Positions 37,745 to 49,240 of a DNA stretch of 64,000 nucleotides are shown one piece after another. The DNA is from Mobula hypostoma (Eukaryota). Numbering within the stretch: position 1 is the stretch's first letter; each line of letters begins with the position of its first letter. Both the position numbers and the translations under genes were made by a program. The notes below the pieces were generated by a model. That model was not told the origin of the DNA and made no database searches. It saw only the letters and a program-made list of their open reading frames with translations. The DNA lies in the NCBI RefSeq assembly GCF_963921235.1, contig NC_086104.1:121396001-121460000 (forward strand), given 5' to 3'.

Positions 37745-38900
37745 ATGCGTTTTGCACATTCTCTAAGAATTGAGTTTGCTGCAGTCAGGTCAACTCCAGT
37801 TTCAGCTTTACTGGTTGAAATGGGACAATTACCCTTGCAGTTGTGGAGGATGAAGTTGTTGTTGACATACTGGGCTAACTTGAGGGGGCAGAGGAATGAT
37901 CACCCCGTTAAAAGTTTGCTGGAAGGCTGTTGGGAACATCACAAGAAGAGAGTTTGCAGTTTCCGTTGGCTGCGTTCTCATCAGGCTAGGAATATGGGTT
38001 TGTTGGATTATGTAATTTGTCCCACTGTATGTTTTTCGGTAACCCCATCATGGTTTTTCCCCAATGGCTTTAGTTAATTATAGGTTGAATATTTTAATGA
38101 AATCCAAGGTTCCTGAAATGCCCGAGAGTCTGTGCGTTCATCAGTGTGTTAGAGAGAATTATTGTGATCTGTTAACCATTTTTACTGATGGATCGAAAGA
38201 TAATATAACGGGAAATAACCGTGTGCTGTGTTTGTGCCTGAATTACAGGTAACAATGAAGAAATGCCTTACTAACTATATATCAGTGTATACTGCAGAAC
38301 TGGTTGCCATCGTTCTAGGCTTACAGTAAGTGGAGGAAATTGTCCTTACAAAGTTATAATTTTTTAAGATTCTTTTTCTGTTTAGGGTAGTTTTAAAGCA
38401 GTTTATTTTAGCAGTAGGTCAGATTTACTGCTGGAATCTCTTCAAACTTTATTTCACCTTTGAAGTATTGGTCTACATATCTCTTCTTATGGGTTCCTGC
38501 ACATAGAGGTGTTGAGGGGGATGAGCGAGTTGATTGTTTGACCAAAAGAGCTGTTAAAAGTTCATCTGTGGATATAGTCCGTCCATGAAGCAAATCAGAA
38601 GCTAAGGGGTTGGTGGGGATAAGATTAGGGGATGATGGCAGGATTTGTGGGATAATGGGAATAAGGAGAGAGACCTTTATAGAATACATGAAACTGTTGG
38701 ATTGACGGGAGAAGGAGGTAAGACAAGAAGTGAAGGAATTATATTGACTCGACTTAGAATTGGGCATAAGTCAGGTGCGGGTATCTAATGTATGGGAAAG
38801 TAGGGTAAGGGATTTTCGAGGCGATATAAAAGGTGTAATTAGAGAGAGAAGGAGAAAGAAAAAAGTTTGTTGTCATTCTGTGGATCAGCTCATACAGTGG
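37745..38900 (+). mobile_element. I/Nimb-clade LINE 3' fragment with RNase H remnant
   Basis: STPVSALLVEMGQLPLQL and IFTDGSK motifs. Confidence 0.65.
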
Positions 38901-41900
38901 ATGAAAAGTATTTCAGTAATGCTTCATTACATGCTTTATAGAACTAACAAATTGTTCTTCCTTTTTGCGTCGGACGGTATTCATTGCTGTTTCCTCAGCG
39001 ATTGCCTTTTTTACGAGGTCGAGTTAATAACTCGGAGCTCAACACAGCACGGATAGAAAGGCTGGAAAGAGCCGGCCGATTTCGAACCAGATACCTTTTG
39101 GGGTTGAAGTCCGGTGCTGATGCCACTAAACCACCGGCCGGTGTTATACGTGTACAATGTCTCATTTGTTTACTAATGTCATTTGCTACATCAGAAAAGA
39201 ACATAAGAGAGAAGGGGTGGTCAGGGAGGGTCAGAGAGAGGGGAGGAGCGGGGGCATTACGAAGCATGGCAACGAATGCGTAGGCAGAGACGGGGGAAAG
39301 GATATGATGGAGAGTCTGAAAAGGGTAGGAGGGTGAAGGGAGAGGGGAAAGGAGCAAGAGGATAGAGGGCGCGGGGAAAGGGGGCAGGAGCACAGCGAGG
39401 GTGAAAAGGGTAGGAGGGCGAAGGGAAAGGGGGAAAGGGGCATTAGGACAGAGGGCCAGGTAATGTGAGAGGGGTCAGAGAGGAGTTCGGGGAAAGAGTG
39501 GCAGAGCTGGGAAGGTAGAAGGGGAAATTTTTGTTTTTATTTTTTATTTATTTCGAGATACGACACAGAAGCTGTCCAAGGAGTCGCTCCGCTCTGTAAT
39601 CCACCTATTTAACCATCGCCGAATGACAGGACAATTTATAATGACCTATTAACCTATATCTTTGGACTGAGGGAGGAACCATGAGTGCCTGGGGAAACCC
39701 ACACTCTCATGGGAAGGATGTACAAACGTCTCACAGACAACGTTGGAATTGAACTCTGAATTCCGACGCCTAGAGCTAGTAGCTGCGCTATGGCAATGTT
39801 TCGTCTTGTGAGGAGAACAGATGTCGGCATCCTTCTTGGCCACAGGGTGTATGTGTTTCGACCAGGACAATTGGTGATGCTGACTTATGGGAACCTGAAG
39901 CTCTCAACTATCTCCACTTCAGCAGGGACAGGGACGTGTACTATGCCTGCTTCCTAGAGTCAATGCCCAGCTGTTCCCCAGCTGTATCGGTGACTGGCCA
40001 GGGAGAAAAGATGTTTACTGATGCATCACAGTAGTCATTTAGTAAGCTTGAGAGACCAGGCACAATAAAGGTCCTGGAGCTTTACGGAGCAGAGAACAGG
40101 CCCTTCGGCGCAAATTATCATGTCGACTGAGTTGTGTTCCTGGATTCGTCCCGTTTCACTGCCTTCGGCCCACGTCCCTCTAAACCTTTCCTCATTATGT
40201 TCAAAACAACGATGAGGTACACCCCCCCACCCCCCGCCAGCCCTCTTCGCTCCAAAGAAAACACACCCGTTCTGCCATACATAACTCAAAACCTCCAGTC
40301 CTGGTAACATCCTCATAAATCTTTCCTGCATCATCTCCGGATTAATTACATCCTTCCTATTGCTGGGTCAGCAGAACTCACACAATTCTCCCAGTACGGT
40401 CTCAGCAATGTCTTGTACAACTGTAACATGACGTCTCACCTCCTGTACTCAGTTCCCCGACGCATGACGACTGGTGTGCCAAACACCTTCACCGCCCAGT
40501 TTATCAGTGAATTACAATCTTATACCACTAGTCTCTGTCTGCAACGCTTAACAGTTCACACTTTAAGACTTGGCCTTGTTTAAAACTTCAATTATCCAGC
40601 GGACTGTGGAACGATTTTAATTTCAAAAATAAACCTTATTCATAATAGAATACTGTACATATTATGCAAATTTCGTGTCATTCGGTTGATCCAGTAGTTT
40701 GAACCATGGCACCGTTACCACTTACGCTCAGCGGACGCCTCATCAGGAACCCCTGTACCTAATAAAGTGGCCACTGACCGTGTGCTCGTGACCTGCGTCA
40801 TCCACTTCAAGGTTCGATGTGTTGGGCATTCAGGGGGGCTTTTGCACACACTGTTGTATCGCGTGATTGTTTGAGTTACTGTCCCCAACCCGTCAGCTTG
40901 AACCAGTCTGACCTCTCATTAACAAGGCGGGTTCACCAATAGAACTGCCATTTACTGGATGTGTTGTGTTTCTCGCACCATTGTCTGTGTGGGGGGCAGA
41001 ATGGGGAGGGTAGGGCTTCGGGTGGAGGGAATCGGGAGGGGTGAAGGAAGGCTTTGTAGCGATGAGGAATAGGGGAAGAGGGTAAATGAAAGGGATGCAG
41101 TGGCCGTTGTGTTCCGTCCCTTTCTCACTCCTCGCCGCTTATTCCGTGACGTTCCCTCTTCAAGTCTTCTCCCTCGGTCCGCCTCAGGGCGGCTATTCCA
41201 CCCGCCCCCCACTTCCGATGGAACTGTGTTGTGAGTTTCCGGACGGTCAGGTACAGTCCGGCCCCCGGACAGGACGTCAGACAGTGAAAGGGGACCTGAC
41301 TTTCGCTGCCGCACCTTCCTGTCCCGGCTGAGCGGCAGCTGCTCCTCTCGTGTCGGGTGTCCGGAGCGCCAGCGCTCGACCCCGAGAGGAAAGCAGTTCC
41401 AGTGGGATCGGCTGGTCCCAACCGAAGAGGAGAGCTCGCCTGGCTGGGAAGGGAGCGACAGATCGGAGGCGCTGACTGAACTCAATGGACAGCCTATGAG
41501 CAGGTGGAGTGTGAGGAGGTGATGGCGGCCCAGAGCTCTATGAGTATCTGCCTGTCTGTCCGTCTCCATTAACCCTAACCACTTCTTTCTGTCTCCCCAC
41601 ATCTCCATGACCCCATCTCCTTCCCTCTTTCTCTTCATCGCTCTCGCCCTTGCTCTTTTCCTCTCTCTGTGTCTTGTCTCCCTGATTTGAATCACAAAGA
41701 TGGCGATTCTCGGTGCAGATCAGTTTGAACTCCTCGGCTGAGGAACCACAGCGGGAGGGGCGGTGAGGAGATAGGGCAAGTGAGGAATCGCACGACCAGT
41801 GAGGTAACTCAGGAGAAAGAGGTTCCCGTTCCCATTTGTATAACTGGCGGGCCATCTTCCGGTGCCCGGGATCATGTAGTGCCGCTGAGACCCGGTAGCG

Positions 41901-42679
41901 CTGAAGCAAATCGGGTGAGAGTGTTGTCACAGAGTCCGCACCACACACAGTTACTGTACTGCGGACGGAACTGGCCTGCCAGTGTGCGGTCAGTGAATTA
42001 GTCACAGCGAAACACAGCAGAGGGGGAGACGTGGTGAACAGGATGTGGTGTAGATGACACCAGGCGGAGGTGGGGGATGTGAGTGGGGGTGCAGGGAGAG
42101 CGAGGGAGCAGAGAGAGAGCAGCAGTGTGAGGAGGAGAAAAGTGAAGAGGAGGAGGATGGGGTGAAGAAGAGAGAGGGAAATATATAAGGAGGGAGTGTG
42201 GGCTGGAAAAATATCTTGGGGTAGTAGGGGAACGAGAGCCCGAGATTGGAAACGAGAGAGAAAAACAAAAGGGCAGAAAAATGAGAGAAAGAGAGAGAAA
42301 GAGAGAAACGTAGATTGGAAAGGGACGGGTTGAGGAAGGTCTACGGCGGATGCGATCTGAAAGACTCTTCACACGGCCTTGGATTACGTGGACAATACAA
42401 ATACCTGACAGGATGCTGGTCTCTGTTGGAAGAACGGCCGATCTGCTGCCTGTCGTATTGGGGCTAGCCCATTGGGCGCAGAGGGAGAGAGGGAGGGAGT
42501 TGAGAGGACTGTGTGGTAAATGGAGCCGGCGTGTATATGGGAGATAGTAATGTCATGGCTACGGATAGAAGGTTTGGGTAGGGGATCACGGGGAGAGTTG
42601 GGGACGGTTATTGTCCAGAGGTTGCCAGTCTTTGGACCCCGTCACCCTCCGCACCTTCCCCTCCATCCCGGTGTTTCAG

Positions 42680-42953
42680 ATGCTCCCTCACTACCCTCTC
42701 CCTCACCACAAGCTCGTTAGGGACTCCGAGTAGCTCCTACGTGAGAGTCCACAGCGATGTTCGGGGAATGATGGACCTACGGGCTTTGATCTACTCCTAA
42801 TCGTTTAGTTTATCCGTGAGAGATCCCGACTGGGTGCAGCCTTCACTGAAACTGAGATTGGCTCCGGGACTCCCTCCACTTCGCCTTCTCCCACCGAGCC
42901 ACTCTAACACCGACCACTGACTGGCGTCCCGAATGGCAGCCGCTGCTCCGAGG
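42680..42953 (+). pseudogene. Degenerate fourth V exon of the same receptor family
   Basis: Nucleotide match to 45161-45520 (e.g. ccgagtagctcctacgtga; gagattggctccgggactc; ccgagccactctaacacc; ctggcgtcc; gctgctccgagg). Cys codons are lost (TGC>AGC; TGC>TGA at 42918-42920), and there are deletions. Confidence 0.8.
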
Positions 42954-43024
42954 TTTCAGCAGAATTCCGGTAATCCACAACCAGTTGTTCAGGGCCCTGA
43001 TGCTTCAAGATACCCGTTTCTCGC

Positions 43025-43315
43025 TCCGTTTGAACCCAGCGAGGTCCATTTCCCGCTCCTTTTTCAACCCACCACGACCCCGTTTTCCGCTCCCTTTAAC
43101 CCCACAGGGATCAGTTTCTCCCTGTCGTTAAACCGACCGGGACCCGCTTCCCGCTCCATTAACGCACAGTTTGTTCCTCTCTTCAAATACACCGAAACCA
43201 TTTCCTGCTCTCTTTAACCCACAGGGACCATTTGCTCGCTCCCTTTAAACCCACTGGACCCGTTTGCCGCTCCCTTTAAAACCACAGGGACACAATTTGT
43301 TGCTCCCTTTAAACT
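43025..43315. repeat. Imperfect ~30-bp tandem repeat (gggacc..ttt.cgctccctttaa.ccac)
   Basis: About 8-9 diverged units visible directly after the pseudo-V exon. Confidence 0.7.
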
Positions 43316-44137
43316 GAACTAATTCAATATATAAATAATATTCTCTGCGTGAAAGATCATTTCAATGTGCTGTGCCAGGCAGCCCACTGGGCAGTTTCGC
43401 CACTTAGGATGCCCACAATTTACTAAGATTGCTTTCAAGACCAGAGTTATTTGTCATATGGACGTGGAAATAGACAGTGAAATGGGTTGGTTGCATCGAT
43501 GACCAACACATTGCCAGGATTGTACTGGGCCCACAAATGTCTCCATGCCTCCCGTGCCAACATAGCCTGTGCAAAACTGACTAATCTGTACCCGTACGCC
43601 TTTGGAATTTGGGAGGAAACCGGAGCACCCAGAAACCCAAATGTTTGGGTAGCGACGGGAATCGAACCCGGATTATTCTCGAAATGACGTCTTCCTGCAG
43701 AGTTAAGGTTGTTTATCAAACAATTTTGGTGTAGTATGATCAAATTCGTAGAGAGATTGTAGATGACAGGTTTGCAAAGGGGGGTTTTCAGTTCTGTGCC
43801 AAATTTCAGCAACGTTGGACAGAGGAAACAAGCAGTGTGTGTGTGTGGGGGTGGGGGGCGTGGGGGGAGGGGGTTGCACATCAGTCCTTGGAGACCTGAT
43901 GTACAGATTCGAGCAGGTCCACAGCTCCCTGAATGAGACAACGTGTGCATGGGGTGGTGAAAATATGGAACTGGTAAGTTGGTTTATCATTGTCACAGTG
44001 AAAAACTTTGTTCTGCACGTCAGTCCAGATCATTTCACTACAGCAAGGTATTTCGTCCCTTCGTCCGCCGACACTTGCTAAGGTGTTTCTTTATGCGTCC
44101 TCAGAGCTGTGTTAATTGAAAATAGTTTGACTGTGCG

Positions 44138-44186
44138 ATGATGAGGGCGCAGCTCCGAAAACTGATCTTGCTCCTTCTTCTTCTGG
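44138..44186 (+). CDS. Leader exon of the V-V-TM(K) receptor (MMRAQLRKLILLLLLL)
   Basis: ATG at 44138, 16 codons plus G, then gtaaga donor at 44187. Phase 1. Confidence 0.87.
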
Positions 44187-44199
44187 GTAAGAGAACCTC

Positions 44200-44334
44200 N
44201 NNNNNNNNNNNNNNNNNNNNNNNNNNNNNNNNNNNNNNNNNNNNNNNNNNNNNNNNNNNNNNNNNNNNNNNNNNNNNNNNNNNNNNNNNNNNNNNNNNNN
44301 NNNNNNNNNNNNNNNNNNNNNNNNNNNNNNNNNN
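44200..44334. other. Assembly gap (135 N)
   Basis: N run. It lies at the position homologous to the (CT)n(CA)n microsatellite of the left paralog. Confidence 1.
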
Positions 44335-45160
44335 CTGTGTCTGTGGGGTCCGTTCCCCATAGAATGACAGTATGCATGAAGGGGCGGAGTGTTGGGAAGA
44401 ATTTCCGTCGTTTGGGGGTGAAAGAGTTAGGCTGTCAATGTAGAGAAGAAGAAGTGATATGTGTTGTTGACAGGGGAATGTCATGGATTCGGGAAAGGTC
44501 ATTGGTTACGGGGAGAGGTGCTGGTTGATATTGGGCAGAGGCTGCCTGACTTTGAGCTGTTTTGGACGCCGCATCCGGGTCACTCTCTGACCCGCTCCGC
44601 TCCCTCCCGGTGATACAGACGCTCCCTCATCACACTTGTCTCTATCTTCCCCAACTCTTACCATTATCACTGGTCGTAACGTGGTCTGACGGAAAATTCT
44701 CCCCACTTGCACAAAGATTTACCCGTATTTACACCCTTCAATATCCCTTTAAAACTCTAACATAAGTCATACCCCAGAACTCTCCCTGATGGGTCACTGT
44801 TAGGTATCTGGACAATGGCCTCGCCTTCCCCACACAAACTTGTATTAATCACGATCTACTCTCCAGGCTGGAGACTAGTACTCATTCAACTTCCTCAAAT
44901 CGGTTCCACTCCGGGTTAACCGTTGTCTGTTGTCTGGCAGACTTCCTTTTTATTTAGCACATACCAAGGACGAATCATGTTTAACTCTATCCTTACAATT
45001 TGAGATCGCTCCACGTTTACTCTCTGCCCCTCCCAACCTCTACCCTCGCTACTCTCTCCCTGTCTCCTTGTGTTACAGACGCGCCCTCTCCACTCTCTCT
45101 CTGTACCACTCTCCATGTGTTACGGACGCTCCCTCACTATTCTCTCTCACTGTGTTACAG

Positions 45161-45520
45161 ACAACTCCCTCGCCACCCTCCACGTGTCCCAGTGGCCTCG
45201 GAGGTTGGAGGTCCCGAGTGGCTCCAACGTGACGCTGCACTGCGAAGTTCTGGGGCTGACGGAGCCCCGGGTGATCATCTACCCTTATTGGGTGATCGGC
45301 GGGACGGAGGAGCGAGAAGAGGAACGTGTCATCTACCCGCCCCCACAGGAAACCCGGCCGGAAGACGCCCTACCTGAGAGTGAGATCGGCACGGGACTCT
45401 CCCTCCAACTCCGGCACCTCCGCCCGAGCCACTCCAACACCTACCGCTGCCTGGCGTCCGTTCATCTTCCCGACCGGCGGCTGCTGCTCCGAGGGAACGG
45501 GACCGTGCTCCTGGTACGAG
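45161..45520 (+). CDS. Ig V exon 1 (V1) of NKp30/CD28-like receptor
   Basis: tgtgttacag|AC...CGAG|gtgagt, 360 nt, phase 1-1. Canonical C/W/C, with RGNGTVLLV. Confidence 0.92.
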
Positions 45521-46701
45521 GTGAGTCGCCGGTCCCACTACCCTCGTTCCCCACTAGCTGCCCCCAGTTTCCCGCTTCCCTCCTGGGATCCGATCCCATA
45601 TCATGTTCAGTTTTAATATATATAATTTTCCTGACTTGCTGGGTTAGATCCTAGTCTCTAACCGGGTCACGGGTAGTGTATCTGTGTATCTTTGGATAAA
45701 TTGTGGAAATCTGAGGGAATGAGGGAGCTGGAGAATTGTTGTAGGAGAGAAGGAGGAGGGGACGCCTGAGGAGGAGAGGGAAATGTCACGGATACGGATG
45801 GAATGGGAGGAGGGATATGGGGAGAAGTGGGAGGGTTAAGCAGACTTTGCTCGATTTGGGGCTGTGTTTGCCGAACGATAATTGTTTAAAATGTCGTTCT
45901 GTGGTCTTTCCTGATGCAGCAATAAGCATTCCGGTCTATATTTGCAAACAAAGGGGACAACTGTACACATGTTAAACGACAATAAATTGTTTTACTAGGG
46001 TTATATAAACATGCAATGCAAAAAGGAAAACGAAGGGTTTATGATGTCGCCAAAAACAAACACTTCTCGTCCACTGAACGAACTGATCTGCAGATGCCGG
46101 AAGGAATCACAGATACCACAAACTTTCAGTTCTTTCCCTCTCTCTCTCTCTCTCTCACTGGACGTAATTGTCTCTATCTTCGCTAACTCTTACCATTATC
46201 ACTGGTCGTAACGTGGTCTGATGGAAAATTCTCCCCACTTGCACAAAGATTACCCGTATCTGCACCCTTCAATATCCCTTTAAAACTCTAACAGAACTCA
46301 TACCCCAGAGCTCTCCCTGATGGGTCACTGTTTGGTACCTGAACAAAGGCCTCGCCTTCCCCACACAAACTTGTATTAATCCATGATCTACTCTCCAGGC
46401 TGGTGACTTGTACTCATTCAACTTCCTCAAATCAGTTCCACTCCGGGTTAACACCATGTTCTCTGGCGGACTTCCTTTTTATTTTGGCACATACCAAGGA
46501 CGAATCATGTTTAACTCTTTCCTTACAGTTTGAGATCACTCCACGTTTAATCTCTGCCCCTCCCATCCTCTTTCTCTGTACAGACGCTCCTTTACTACTC
46601 CCCCCTCCCTGTGTTGCAGACGCTCCCTCACTACTCTCTCCACTTCTCTCCATGTGTTACAGACGCTCCCTCACCATTCTCCCTCTCTCACTGTGTTACA
46701 G

Positions 46702-47061
46702 ACATCTCGCTCGCCACCCTCTCCGTGTCCCAGTGGCCTCGGAGGTTGGAGGTCCCGAGTGGCTCCAACGTGACGCTGCACTGCGAAGTTCTGGGGCTGC
46801 CGGAGCCCCAGGTGATAATCTACCCCTATTGGGTGGTCGGCGGGACAGAGGACGAGGGAGAGGAACGTGTCGTCTATCCGACTCCCGAGGGATCCCGGCA
46901 GCAAGATGCTCTCCCTGAGTGTGAGATCGGCACGGGACTCTCCCTCCAACTCCGGCACCTCCGACCGAGCCACTCCAACACCTACCGCTGCCTGGCGTCC
47001 GTTCATCTTCCCGACCGGCAGCTGCTGCTCCGAGGGAACGGGACCGTGGTCCTGGTACGAG
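46702..47061 (+). CDS. Ig V exon 2 (V2) of NKp30/CD28-like receptor
   Basis: Same splice context and length as V1. Diverged C'-D region and an extra Cys (PECEIG). Confidence 0.92.
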
Positions 47062-47313
47062 GTGAGTCGCCGATATCTCTCCCCTCGTTCACTTTTCACC
47101 GCCGCCTACATGATTCCTCCTGGGACTGGATCGCAGGTCCATTTCTGTTATTTCATATATAACCCCTCCCCCAGAACGCTTGGATTGGATCCCAGCCTGT
47201 AACCCACTCCCAGCAATGTTATTCTCTATATAAACCCCTGAACCCTCAGAATACAACCCATCCCTAGCTCGCCTCGGTAAACCGTCTCACTCTGAACTCC
47301 GATTTACTCTCAG

Positions 47314-47468
47314 GTTCTCCTCGGGAGCCACTGCCTTTTTACATCCTGCTCGTCCTGAAGACGCTCGCACTCCTAGTCCTGACCACCGTGTACCGGCTCC
47401 CAAAGAGCAACAGCGAACCCGCGCACCGAGCGCCCCCTGGCGGTCGTTCCGTAAAGTGCGGACTCTGA
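47314..47468 (+). CDS. Transmembrane/short cytoplasmic exon with an intramembrane Lys (GSPREPLPFYILLVLKTLALLVLTTVYRLPK...KCGL*)
   Basis: gatttactctcag|GT acceptor in phase 1. Open to TGA at 47466-47468. This frame is absent from the ORF track. Confidence 0.87.
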
Positions 47469-48629
47469 GGCGACAGGGACAGCGGAGAAAAAGCCCCATC
47501 ACTGCTGGCGGACCCAGGACACTTCCTGAAGTACCTCCTCTTGCAGCCTGGACTGTGCCAGCAACCAGCTTTCTCCCACCGACACCTCACTGTCAGGAGA
47601 GACCAACAAATTTCCGACAGACCAAAGGACGTCCTTCATCGACCCGATGATCTTCTAGTAGAACTTGATGCCCGTCTGTGTGTGACCTGGGAAATAGTCT
47701 GTTTCTCAGAGAATCCTTCGTTTCACAGCTGATGGGGATTAACCCGATCACAGCCGTCCCGAAGGTAACGTGTTGTGGTAATGATAGAGGAAGGTTCCTA
47801 CCGGGAGGAACATTTTCAGCTCAGCCTAGCGATGTCTTTGTGCTTGTTACTGCGATCAGGCGATGCGGCGTTCTGCCGTTTGCTCAGCGATTCACCCCAC
47901 GGCCTCTCGTTCTTAAATTCATAGTGAATGCTTTCATTAGTGTTCGATTACACTCCTTAATACCAATAGGATCGTTGTCACTCATGTTCACTACTACAGT
48001 AATTAAGGAGCTTCCTCACCCAACCCGGCCCCTCCCTCTCCAGTAGTGAAGGCCCTTCCTCATCCTGCCCTGCGGTGCCTGAACCCGGCTTCAGCGCCTC
48101 CATTAGCACGGTGTCTTGTCGCCATTCGGCAGCTCCCATCCACGGACATCTCGATGATCAATGAGGTCGGGCGGATCAAAGGCGCCTTTCACCGAGTTGA
48201 TGATCTGCCGGCTGCGCTTGATGTCCGTTTCTTTGTCTGTCCCTGCGAACAGCCCGGAGATGAGAGAGTCCTCTGTCACGCAACTGCTCGGGATGAACAA
48301 TGAAACACGACTTCTCACCTTTCTCACCTCTCCACATCATTCACTGCAGACCCTGCCGCCGCAAACACCTCCCGTCAATCAATGCATTCCGGGTTCTTTC
48401 CTGCAGCGTCGTCTGATCCATCCATCTGATTGGCTATACATCTGTGACTGACAGCGGCTGGTTCGTTCCCGGAGAAACACTCGCAACGCGCTGGAGGAAC
48501 TCATCAAGTCGGGCAGCATCCGTGGAAAGGATCAGTCAATGTTCCGGCCCGAAACGTTGACTGATGCTTTCCACGAATGCTGCCCGACCTGCTGAGTTCC
48601 TCCAACGTGTCGTGCGTGTTGTAATAACA

Positions 48630-49240
48630 TTTCAGTATTGATTAAAGAAGGTAATACGATTGTTACTGAAACAGAGAAGGTTGAGTTACTGACTTGGTCA
48701 TTTGCTGCAATTCATAATCAAGATTATTTAGGTGAAGAGGCTAAACAATGTAGAGATAAGATTCTAAGTGAATACCCTGATATGTTAAAAGTTAGCTACA
48801 GCAATGATAGTATTAGAGATGTAGAGTTTTCTTTGTGTGAATTTATGAAAGCTATTAATAGTACAGGTCAGACGGCTCCAGGAACGGATGATGGAAAACA
48901 TCACTCTGGGGTGTGCAGGCGTTTTCATTATTACGAAACAGTTGAACACATTCTTCTGCAATGTGAAGCATACAAGGTGAAAGAAAGCAATGCAGGCTGC
49001 ACTACTAGCTTTGGGGGTTGACAGTTTTCATTAAAATACTTTTCTAAGTTATGGAAGTGACTTTAATTTAATTCACAATATTGTCTTCCATGATTTGAAA
49101 TCTATAGGTCTTCTCGGGTAATTTAGTTTTCAGTTGATAAAGAGCTAGGAGGGATGTTATTTCCCAACACTCTACACCACACTGCAGTCCCGTTGGTGGC
49201 AGTCAAGCACATTTAAGTTGAACTGCCAACTGCCATAAAA
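48630..49240 (+). mobile_element. Internally deleted I/Nimb-like LINE (RT start fused to C-terminal CCHC) with 3' end
   Basis: TAPGTD joined to C..ETVEHILLQC, followed by a typical 3' terminus and simple-repeat tail. Confidence 0.6.

Noticed and set aside
41086-41331. MKGMQWPLCSVPFSLLAAYS... as the receptor's signal peptide
   Set aside because: A much better leader with a canonical phase-1 donor exists at 44138-44186, and the candidate donor near 41231 is not conserved in the left copy.
42933-43217. ORF MAAAAPRF... as the first exon of a housekeeping gene
   Set aside because: Its start lies in the 3' end of the pseudo-V exon read out of frame, and the rest is tandem repeat.
45148-45160. CACTGTG (RSS heptamer) just upstream of every V exon acceptor
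   Set aside because: There is no nonamer at 12 or 23 bp and it sits on the wrong side of the V. It is part of the acceptor repeat, and the V exons already encode their J-like strand, so there is no evidence of V(D)J rearrangement.
48103-48160. IDHRDVRGWELP similarity to the PSMB9 C-terminus
   Set aside because: The match is short, and the preceding residues do not match proteasome beta subunits.
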